From assembly GCA_963662445.1 (NCBI GenBank), contig OY759590.1, positions 2,560,249 through 2,624,248 on the forward strand: a DNA stretch of 64,000 bases, in the 5' to 3' direction. Numbering within the stretch: the stretch's first letter is position 1; the number at the start of each line of letters is the position of its first letter. Source of the DNA: Desulfarculia bacterium. Its GTDB lineage: Bacteria > Desulfobacterota > Desulfarculia > Adiutricales > JAGVGV01. Positions 27,318 to 34,955 of this stretch are shown piece by piece. Both the position numbers and the translations under genes were made by a program. The notes below the pieces were generated by a model. It saw nothing but the letters and a program-made list of their open reading frames with translations, made no database searches and was not told the origin of the DNA.

Positions 27318-29321
27318 ATGAGTTTAATAATCGCCAGCATATTCTCCCGCAAACAGCAAGGTGCGGGGCTTATGGTTTACGATTTGACAAAATCGGAAGC
27401 CGCATATGTCCAGTTGCTCAATTTTGAGTCAATTCCCACGCGGCTTCATCAGCTACGAGGAATAAGCGTTCTGGCGGATCAGCTCTACGCCGTCGTTCCT
27501 GGCGCGTTGTTGATATTTCGTATTCAGACCAAAGAGAATGGTCCGCTTTTTATTCTCGAAAAGACTGTTGTACGGCCGGATTGGGTTTTGGGAAAGGAAG
27601 CCCAGGGCGACCTGCATGCGGTCTATGCTTCAACTAGACGCAATCGTCTTTTTGTGTCTTTCAACAGCCAGGCTGCCGTGGAAATCCTAGACCTGGATGG
27701 GAATTTTCTGGAAAGGCAATATCTTTGGGAAATCGCGCCAGATATATTCCCTTTGCCGACAAAGATTGCGGGGAATAGTTTTCAATTCGGCATAATCAGG
27801 CATATTTTCGAGGCGCCCGACGGGGAAGTCATGCTGACAACAGCCCTGTTGAACGGTACTCTGGAAGGCGGAATTATAAGTTACGATGACGGCCGGATGG
27901 TTCTGGGGCCGACACCGCAGCCTCCTCACGGGGGCTTGTTTTTTCAGAACAGACTTGCTTATTGCGACATACGCCAAGCGGAAGTCCCGGTTTACAAGTG
28001 GTCTTCCGGGATGAGTATTACAGCAAACGAACCAAGCAGTGTTTTCAGACCAGAGATTACCGAAAAGCGCTGGCAGGACAGCGAGCAGGCCGTTAGAGGT
28101 ATGACCTGCATTGACGAACATCTGCTATGCGGCGTTTTCTATCTTGGCAAACCTAAGAAAAAACAGATTCCCCCAAGAATGGTCGAGTTCGACCTGGATG
28201 CGGGCAAACAGATCAGGGAACACTTCCTGCCCTCTTTCAAGGGGCTGGAAGAGCCGATGATCTATGCGCTGTTGCCTGCTTCGCCGGAGATTGAAGCTGC
28301 CGCGGCAATGTATGCGGAGCCGAGATATTTCCGTGGAGATGAGCCGTTTGCACCCGAGTTGCTAAAACAGCCACAAGAAATGCCTGAGCAGTCTCCGGAA
28401 AAAGGTGCTGTTACTCCTGTGGAAGCCCAATCAGGCGTAAAGGAAAACACTAAATCAGAAGAGACAGAATCTGAAATCCAGGCTCCATCTGATTTGCATT
28501 GCGAAGCCCCGCAGTTACCGGTTATTGAAAGAAAGCCAACAGTTGTACTTGATGGAGTGAGCGTGAAGTTTGTCCGCTCGGGAAAGCTGCTGGCGAAATT
28601 CAGTAATCAGCTCCGAAAGAAGAGAATCCATTGGGCGTTGCGCGGCGTCTCCTTGTCAGTCTTCGAAGGAGAGGTTCTGGGTATCATCGGGCGTAATGGA
28701 TCTGGAAAGTCCACTATGTCGATGGTCTGCGCCGGGGTTTACCAACCAGATGAGGGAAAAATCACGGTTCAGGGGCGGGTTCAGCTTCTGGCCTTGGGTG
28801 TTGGTTTTAAAAATGAACTCAGCGGTCGGGAGAATGTCGTCATCAGCGGGAGCTTGATGGGGTTGAGCCGACGTGAGATATTGGCCAAAATGGACGAAGT
28901 TGAAGAATTTGCGGAACTGGGGGATTTTATGGATGAGCCGGTCCGCACTTATTCCAGCGGCATGCGCAGCCGTCTGGGATTCGCTGTGGCCACGGCGGTT
29001 CAGCCGGATATTCTCATTCTGGACGAGATCATGGCGACAGGCGACAGGGCCTTTCAGGACAAGGCCATGAATCGTATGAAGGAGATGCGCAGCCTTGCCA
29101 GAAGCGTGATTATCGTTTCCCATGCGCCGGGCCAGTTGAGAAAGCTGTGCGACAAGGTTCTATGGCTGGAGAAGGGGAGAACCGTCATGCTTGGGGAAAC
29201 CAAGGAGGTTCTCAACGCCTACGACAATTTCTGCCAGAATCCCCAGAAATGGCTCATGAGGCATCAGCAGGAAGTCGATATCCCGCCTGATGCAGGTGAG
29301 GGTTGTTCACAGACGGAGTAA
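27318..29321 (+). CDS. wzt: polysaccharide export ATP-binding protein with ~400-aa N-terminal extra domain
   Basis: The C-terminal NBD spans about aa 407-667: Walker A GRNGSGKST, signature YSSGMRSRLGF, Walker B ILILDE, H-loop VSHA (Wzt/TagH type). Residues 1-340 are a non-NBD, beta-rich domain. Residues 345-405 are a P/E/Q/S-rich linker. Confidence 0.85.
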   Translation: MSLIIASIFSRKQQGAGLMVYDLTKSEAAYVQLLNFESIPTRLHQLRGISVLADQLYAVVPGALLIFRIQTKENGPLFILEKTVVRPDWVLGKEAQGDLHAVYASTRRNRLFVSFNSQAAVEILDLDGNFLERQYLWEIAPDIFPLPTKIAGNSFQFGIIRHIFEAPDGEVMLTTALLNGTLEGGIISYDDGRMVLGPTPQPPHGGLFFQNRLAYCDIRQAEVPVYKWSSGMSITANEPSSVFRPEITEKRWQDSEQAVRGMTCIDEHLLCGVFYLGKPKKKQIPPRMVEFDLDAGKQIREHFLPSFKGLEEPMIYALLPASPEIEAAAAMYAEPRYFRGDEPFAPELLKQPQEMPEQSPEKGAVTPVEAQSGVKENTKSEETESEIQAPSDLHCEAPQLPVIERKPTVVLDGVSVKFVRSGKLLAKFSNQLRKKRIHWALRGVSLSVFEGEVLGIIGRNGSGKSTMSMVCAGVYQPDEGKITVQGRVQLLALGVGFKNELSGRENVVISGSLMGLSRREILAKMDEVEEFAELGDFMDEPVRTYSSGMRSRLGFAVATAVQPDILILDEIMATGDRAFQDKAMNRMKEMRSLARSVIIVSHAPGQLRKLCDKVLWLEKGRTVMLGETKEVLNAYDNFCQNPQKWLMRHQQEVDIPPDAGEGCSQTE

Positions 29322-29329
29322 CATTCAGG

Positions 29330-32266
29330 ATGAATTCTTTTTTGGAGATATATACCGAGGCTATCAAGCTGTTTCATAGAAGGCGCTTCGCCGAAGCTGA
29401 AAAGGCGATTCTGGCGTACAGGGGTGAAGCTGACTATTTTGCTTTGGAACATGTGGATAAACGTTCCGAGAAAAGACCTCTGGCCTCGGTTGTCATAGTT
29501 TCGAGAAAGGGCGAAGAAGGCCTGCTGCACTGTCTCGACTCACTGGAAAGAGAAAGCGAAACAGCATTTGAAACCATTGTGGTTAACAATGGCGAAAATG
29601 ACAGTGTTCTGGATAGATTGCTTTTGAGGGATATCTGCCTTGTGCAGGGTAATGCCGTTTTTACTCCTTCTGAAGGCCGGAACATCGGAGCGGCTTATGC
29701 CAGGTCGGAATTATTGATTTTTCTGGATGATGACGCCTTGGTTGGCCAGGATTTCGTAAAAAACGCCATTGCCGCTTTTAGGGCATATCCCTTTCTGGGC
29801 ATACGCGGCCGCGTCCTTCCCAAAACCAGCGAAGGCAACAATGCGGTTGCCGGCCACTATGACATCGGGGAACTCCCTATCCCCGCCGTGTTGGACACCG
29901 AAGGCAATATGGCCGTGCCGAAGGATGTTTATGAAGCCGTGGGCGGAATGAATCCTTTGATGTTCGGTTCGGAGGGGCTTGAACTTTCCCATCGGCTGTT
30001 GAAGGAATTTCCGGGCAGAGACATCTACTATTGGCCCTCCATGACCATACTTCATGATTTTGCCCAGGGCGGGCGGCTGGAAGCAAAAATGAAACGGTAC
30101 ATCTTGGCTACGGAATACTTCAATGCCATGATGCCCGACGCCTTGAAGATGAGAAAGCAGTACCTGGCCTGGATTCTTTCGAGACCGGGAACAGATATGA
30201 AGACTGACCGCATTATCGGGGAATCTGCGGGCTCCGAAGACATGGAAAAGGCGGAACTGCTGTTTCGGATTTCCCGCCTGGAAAAAGAGTTGGAGATTAC
30301 CACCAATTCATTTGCCTTGCGTCTGGGCCGTTTGTTGGGCCGGGCCTACTCTTCGCCATGGCGGGAGGGGCCGCTTCTGCCCCTGAAAATGTTTCGTCTC
30401 GCCAGGGAATGGCGGAGTGGAGGGAAGAACCTGTTCCGCGTGAACAATTCTCCCCGAACGGCCATTATGTCCATTGTGGGATCGGAGCTTCGCAATGAAA
30501 AAAATTATGCCACCCCGGGCAAGACGGAACATGTCTATGGTATTTTCCCAGCCTTCCGTCCATTGCGAAAAGGAAAACTGTCTTCTTCGCTCCGCATAGC
30601 CTGTATACTTGGCGAACATACATTCCGTTGTCTTGAACCTGACGCACACCTCTTTCCTCTTTCGGAAAACGGCTGGAAAGAAGAGATCGAGCATGCGGCA
30701 CCTCAGATGCTGCTGGTCGAATCTCTGTGGCAGGCCTCCGACGGCGGCTGGAAAAACGTGCTGGCTACAACGGATGATTGGCCGACCTCGTTAAAGGATA
30801 TTCTGGCTTACTGCAACGAGCGATCTATTCCGGCCGTTTTCTGGAATACCGAGGATGTTGCCCATTATCCATTTTTCAGGAATGCGGCCAAATACTTTGA
30901 GCATATATTCGCCATGGATGCCCGGGTGGTGAGTCTGTACAAGCAGGAGACAAACAAACCTGTTCATCACCTGCCGCCGGCGGTGCAACCGGTCTATCAC
31001 AATCCTGTTCGCTCGGCCGAAAACGAGCCTGAAGTGAAGGGGTTCACGTATCTGTTTGATGGATGGGCTGATCTGATTGAGAAGCCGGAAGATTTTTCTT
31101 GTCTGGATCAGCTCTGTGAACGCGGTCTGCACATTGTGGAATCAAGGTACCGGTTCAGAGCGAATAAACTGGACGAGAACCCTGCATATAAAAAATCCAT
31201 CATGGGGTGCCTTGACTACGAACAGTTGTTAACCGCCTGGAGATATTACCAGGTGGCTGTCATGTCGCCGACATCGCTGTCCACGCCTCTGGTCAGATTC
31301 AAACGCGCCATCGAGGCCGTGGCCTGCGGGACTCCCGTGCTGCACTTCGGCAAGACGGACTGGGAATGGCCCGCCCATGGAATTGTTCAGACCGAGAACG
31401 CCGCTGATTTCAAAGGCAAAGCGCGAGATCTGATCGAAGATAAGGCTCTCAATGGCCGTCTGTCTCATCTGGGCCGCCGGGAATTGTACTTGTCCCATAC
31501 CTATGCTCACCGTCTGAAGCATATATCTTCCGTGTTGGGCCTGCAAAACGACTGGGTTGAATATCCGAAGGCCTGCGTGATAACCCCCACCAAGAGGCCG
31601 GACCTTATCCCCGGCTGCATAGAAAAGTTCGAAGCTCAGGTTTATCCCAACAAGGAATTGATTATCATCGTCAACACCACGGATGCCGATTCGGACTCAA
31701 TCGGAAAAACCCTGGCCGGCCGCGACAATATCAAGTTTTTTCAGCTCCATCAGGAGAAAAATATAGGGGCCTGTCTGAACTACGGCATTTCACAGGCCAC
31801 CGGCGCCTACTGGTTCAAGATGGATGATGATGATTTTTATGGCAGGAACTATCTGCTGGATACGATGATTGCCCTAAGAGGCTTTGATGATTGCGTTTTC
31901 GGAAAGCCGCCCGGGTTTGTCTACTTTGAGGAGAATGACAAGATATTCAACAGGGGCGAAGGATTTGACGGAAAACACATCCAGGGCGACAAGCATGCGC
32001 CGTACATAAGCGGGGCGACACTTGGCGGAAAAATAGGGCTCGATATTGATTTTTCCGAGGAGCATCGTGCCTGCGTGGACAGCTTCTTTCTGGAGACCAG
32101 CAGCAGAAGGCGGGGCCTGCCCACCTATGCTTCGGATATTTTCAATTTCGTGGCCTACCGTTCCCGGAGTGCCGCCGACCATACCTGGAAAGTCGATCCC
32201 AGGGCAATAAAGAGACGTTCCGTGCCTTTTGCGGATGGACTTGATTTTACAAACATTATGATCTGA
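29330..32266 (+). CDS. three-module glycosyltransferase: GT2, CgeB/DUF3880-like, GT2
   Basis: The N-terminal GT2 has ASVVIVSRKG..ETIVVNNGEND..FLDDDA. The middle and C-terminal modules are colinear with aa 1282-1845 of the 18498-24035 product (RIA.I.GE, P..L.ES.W, IP.V.W.T.D, LP.AVQPV..NP; YPNKELI.I.N, LNYGI, DDDD.YG.NY). The ATG at 29330 was chosen. Confidence 0.8.
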   Translation: MNSFLEIYTEAIKLFHRRRFAEAEKAILAYRGEADYFALEHVDKRSEKRPLASVVIVSRKGEEGLLHCLDSLERESETAFETIVVNNGENDSVLDRLLLRDICLVQGNAVFTPSEGRNIGAAYARSELLIFLDDDALVGQDFVKNAIAAFRAYPFLGIRGRVLPKTSEGNNAVAGHYDIGELPIPAVLDTEGNMAVPKDVYEAVGGMNPLMFGSEGLELSHRLLKEFPGRDIYYWPSMTILHDFAQGGRLEAKMKRYILATEYFNAMMPDALKMRKQYLAWILSRPGTDMKTDRIIGESAGSEDMEKAELLFRISRLEKELEITTNSFALRLGRLLGRAYSSPWREGPLLPLKMFRLAREWRSGGKNLFRVNNSPRTAIMSIVGSELRNEKNYATPGKTEHVYGIFPAFRPLRKGKLSSSLRIACILGEHTFRCLEPDAHLFPLSENGWKEEIEHAAPQMLLVESLWQASDGGWKNVLATTDDWPTSLKDILAYCNERSIPAVFWNTEDVAHYPFFRNAAKYFEHIFAMDARVVSLYKQETNKPVHHLPPAVQPVYHNPVRSAENEPEVKGFTYLFDGWADLIEKPEDFSCLDQLCERGLHIVESRYRFRANKLDENPAYKKSIMGCLDYEQLLTAWRYYQVAVMSPTSLSTPLVRFKRAIEAVACGTPVLHFGKTDWEWPAHGIVQTENAADFKGKARDLIEDKALNGRLSHLGRRELYLSHTYAHRLKHISSVLGLQNDWVEYPKACVITPTKRPDLIPGCIEKFEAQVYPNKELIIIVNTTDADSDSIGKTLAGRDNIKFFQLHQEKNIGACLNYGISQATGAYWFKMDDDDFYGRNYLLDTMIALRGFDDCVFGKPPGFVYFEENDKIFNRGEGFDGKHIQGDKHAPYISGATLGGKIGLDIDFSEEHRACVDSFFLETSSRRRGLPTYASDIFNFVAYRSRSAADHTWKVDPRAIKRRSVPFADGLDFTNIMI

Positions 32267-32496
32267 GTGTAATCCGCGCCAAGAAGATGAATACGATTTG
32301 GGTGAGAGATGGGAGACGATAAACCGGCCAAAGAAAATGACCAAGAGGGAGCTGACTTTGGGGGAACTCGCGGCAATCTCGCGACACGGTTTGCGATATG
32401 GAAGACCCGTCCGGCTTCACCGGTCAATTACCAATCAACTAACCGATCACTCGAGTAGAAACCTCGTCTGGAATTGGACATCAAAGAAAAGGCTTA

Positions 32497-32808
32497 ATGG
32501 ACACAGATGATTTGACTGCAATGGCATGGGACGTCATCGCCCGGGCGGACCGCTTTTCTGGTGCGTTAAAAACCGAATTTGGTTCAATGGCCAGCCAGTT
32601 TCGATCCGAGGATGAATGGCTTCGAGGAGTTCGTGCCCATTTAGAAGAAATCACTGAAGATCCGGAAGGGTATGAGGACTATTGGGACCTTGAAAACGAG
32701 GAAGGAGCGTCGGCAGCCATGATCGGGAGTTGCGCGACAGAACTCAGTCTTCGAGTGGATGAAATACTTGCCACGCCTTTGAACAAGAGGGACGCAAGGG
32801 CATGGTGA
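32497..32808 (+). CDS. acidic hypothetical protein
   Basis: 103-aa ORF with ATGGTGA start/stop overlap with the next ORF. No family recognised. Confidence 0.35.
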   Translation: MDTDDLTAMAWDVIARADRFSGALKTEFGSMASQFRSEDEWLRGVRAHLEEITEDPEGYEDYWDLENEEGASAAMIGSCATELSLRVDEILATPLNKRDARAW

Positions 32809-33143
32809 TTGTAAGAATGCCAGAGCGCTTCAAGCCTTTCTTCAACCGTTACGTCGGCATCGACTACTCTGGAGCGGAGCCCCCTGATTCCAGCTTGAAG
32901 GGCCTTCGGGTCTACGAAGTCACTCGTGAATTCCTGCCGGTGGAAGTGGAGCCGCCGCTCAGCCCTCGCAAATTTTGGACACTGCGTGGCCTCACCGAGT
33001 GGCTGGCAGAACATTTAACTGAAGACGTGCCGAATTATCGTCGTGCCTACCACCTTACAACATTGTCCGATTTATGGGGTCCACCTCTGTTGAGTCTTGG
33101 CGCTTTAAAGAACCACCCCGTCAGAGTTGATTCCGCTCATTAG
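32802..33143 (+). pseudogene. hypothetical gene whose 3' part is IS-scar-derived (probably truncated)
   Basis: The N-terminal part (FNRYVGIDYSGAEPPDSSLKGLRVYEV..) looks genic. From about 33040 the frame reads through sequence homologous to the IS3-type scar (..LSDLWGPPLL). Confidence 0.3.
33040..33100 (+). mobile_element. third short IS3-type 3'-end scar
   Basis: CCACCTTA..TGTCCGATTTATGGGGTCCACCTCTGTTG parallels 12435-12490 (CCACCTTA..TGTCCAAACAATGGGGACCACCTCTTTGTG) with an internal deletion. Aligned by eye. Confidence 0.4.
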
Positions 33144-33169
33144 CGGGCCGGCCGGGCAGAGCTGAGCGC

Positions 33170-33314
33170 TGCATTTTGCCGCAAATCGGACCATTTTAAC
33201 CAACCATAGTTAATTGATTTAAATTACTATTATTTTCAATCTTCAGCCGCCGAAGGTGATGCATTTTGCGGCAACCGGCATCACCCGGAAACCGGTTGAT
33301 GCATTTTGATACAA
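33170..33314 (+). promoter_or_regulatory. three copies of TGCATTTTG(C/A)nnCAA; candidate enhancer-binding-protein sites
   Basis: Copies at 33170-33184, 33260-33274 and 33300-33314. The middle copy is embedded in an inverted repeat, GGTGATGC (33255-33262) / GCATCACC (33278-33285). All lie 65-200 nt upstream of the predicted -24/-12 promoter. Confidence 0.4.
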
Positions 33315-33366
33315 CGTTTTCTTTATTAAATTCGATAAATTACCACCAAGGGACTTCCTTCGCCAT

Positions 33367-33381
33367 TGGCCCGTTTGTTGC
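33367..33381 (+). promoter_or_regulatory. sigma-54 (-24/-12) promoter candidate
   Basis: TGGCCCGTTTGTTGC has GG-N10-GC spacing and fits TGGCAC-N5-TTGC at 9 of the 10 specified positions. It lies 49 nt upstream of ATG 33430, which has an AAAGGAGGTG RBS. Confidence 0.55.
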
Positions 33382-33429
33382 CATTGATAGAAGCAGAGAC
33401 AGACAGGCGTCCACAAAAGGAGGTGCCTT

Positions 33430-34353
33430 ATGACAAGAAAGACTCACAGGGCGGAAAATCCCCAACAAGTCGTTATTTACGACATGAAAACCAACCTTTG
33501 CGTCTGGAGCAGGGCTGGAGTACTGAAGCCCATGACGTGCGTCAATGCCTTTGACTGCCTGCACTGCCCGGTCGACCGTAAGATGAAGATGGAAATAAGA
33601 AACGGCAGGCTCAAGGACGGACGGGCTCTGGCCGGACGTGACTGGTTCGGCGAAATCAGGCCGCGTCCATTGGAAAACAGAAAATGCCGCCACATGCTCT
33701 CCGGCAGGGTCTCGGTAAAATACTGCATCAATGATTACGATTGCGCACGTTGCGAGTATCACCAGTTGATGATGGACGAAAACCTGGCCGAACCTCTCGG
33801 GCGGCCCGAGCAGGAGGTCGCCGGCGGCTTCATGGTTGCGCCGAACTACTACTACCATAGCGGACACGCCTGGGCCCGCGTGGAGTACGGCGGACGTGTC
33901 CGGGTGGGGCTGGATGATTTCGCAGCCCGCCTCTTCGGCCCTTTCAACCGCTTTGAACTGCCGCGCCTCGGCCAAGTGATAAAGCAGGGCGAACCTGGTT
34001 TCGGATTCATCCGCGAGGACCTGGACGCCCAGTGCCTCAGCCCCCTGGAGGGAGTTGTTGTAGCGGTCAATCCCGAAGCCAGGGAAAACGGCCGGATAGC
34101 CGACGATCCTTATGCCCGCGGCTGGCTCATGGTCATTGAGCCTCAAAAGCTGCGCCTGGGTCTGCGCAACCTGCTCTTCATGGAGGAAAGCCTTTCCTGG
34201 ATGGAAGAAGAGTCCTCCAAGCTGGTGAACTTGTTACCCGAAGAAACCGGGTTTCAACTGGCGGCCACCGGCGGTCTGGCCATCACGGATATCTTCGGAC
34301 ATTTTTCAAGTCTTGGTTGGGAACGGCTCAGAAAGGAGTTTTTAGGAACCTGA
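33430..34353 (+). CDS. GcvH-like (lipoyl/biotinyl-fold) domain protein with Cys-rich N-terminal region
   Basis: YYHSGHAWARVEYGGRVRVGLDDFAARL..GW resembles the glycine-cleavage H fold. The N-terminal 110 aa carry CxxxxCxxC and CxxC-like clusters (CVNAFDCLHCP; CINDYDCARCEYH). Confidence 0.65.
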   Translation: MTRKTHRAENPQQVVIYDMKTNLCVWSRAGVLKPMTCVNAFDCLHCPVDRKMKMEIRNGRLKDGRALAGRDWFGEIRPRPLENRKCRHMLSGRVSVKYCINDYDCARCEYHQLMMDENLAEPLGRPEQEVAGGFMVAPNYYYHSGHAWARVEYGGRVRVGLDDFAARLFGPFNRFELPRLGQVIKQGEPGFGFIREDLDAQCLSPLEGVVVAVNPEARENGRIADDPYARGWLMVIEPQKLRLGLRNLLFMEESLSWMEEESSKLVNLLPEETGFQLAATGGLAITDIFGHFSSLGWERLRKEFLGT

Positions 34354-34380
34354 ACAGGCGCCCCTGACAGCCCAAGCGGC

Positions 34381-34932
34381 TCATTCAGATATGCGACACC
34401 TGATTTCATTCTCGCAGTCACGGCAGAAGCCCATAAACAGCGCATCCAATTGTTTCAACCCCAGCGAAAAGGCCATCAGGCATTCAGGGGCGCGGCAATG
34501 CCTGAGGCCCAGAATGTGGGCAACCTCGTGGACCGCCACCTTGGCCAACCGTTCCAGGAAAATGTCCGTGCGGACCGGTTGGCCATCCGGACCTCGGCGC
34601 AAACGGTGCAAAGAGACGACGGCGGCTCGGCCGCCAACCTGGGCTTCACCGAAAACATAGCTGAGGATAGGCAGGCAAAGGTCGCCATTCATGAGCCCCA
34701 GGCGCAGCAGGCCGGAACCTTGAAGGTTTGCTGACAGATCATTGAGTATCGGCATGGCGTTGTATTGCATCCGGGGATGAAGCAAGGCATGCTCCGGCTC
34801 GGGCCAAGCCTCGGCCGCGTCAGCCGGAAGACCGGTAAAGGTCTGAATATTGGCTGCGGCGACGGCGACGGCGACTTGATCGACTCGCCCCAGGGGAATC
34901 ACTTCTATATGTCGCGGCCCGCGGGCTGCCAT
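34381..34932 (-). CDS. archaemetzincin-type zinc metallopeptidase (family M54)
   Basis: HEVAHILGLRHC (HExxHxxGxxH) followed by C..C....CxxC (CRAPECLM..FCRDCENEIRC), the two-zinc layout I recall for archaemetzincins. Confidence 0.78.
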   Translation of the reverse strand: MAARGPRHIEVIPLGRVDQVAVAVAAANIQTFTGLPADAAEAWPEPEHALLHPRMQYNAMPILNDLSANLQGSGLLRLGLMNGDLCLPILSYVFGEAQVGGRAAVVSLHRLRRGPDGQPVRTDIFLERLAKVAVHEVAHILGLRHCRAPECLMAFSLGLKQLDALFMGFCRDCENEIRCRISE

Positions 34933-34955
34933 CAGAGGGAATGCCCCAATTGTGT

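Noticed and set aside
32298-32510. 70-aa ORF with a possible HTH-like segment (MTKRELTLGELAAISRHGL).
   Set aside because: No RBS, it overlaps the better-supported 32497 ORF start, and no family was recognised. It could be a remnant.
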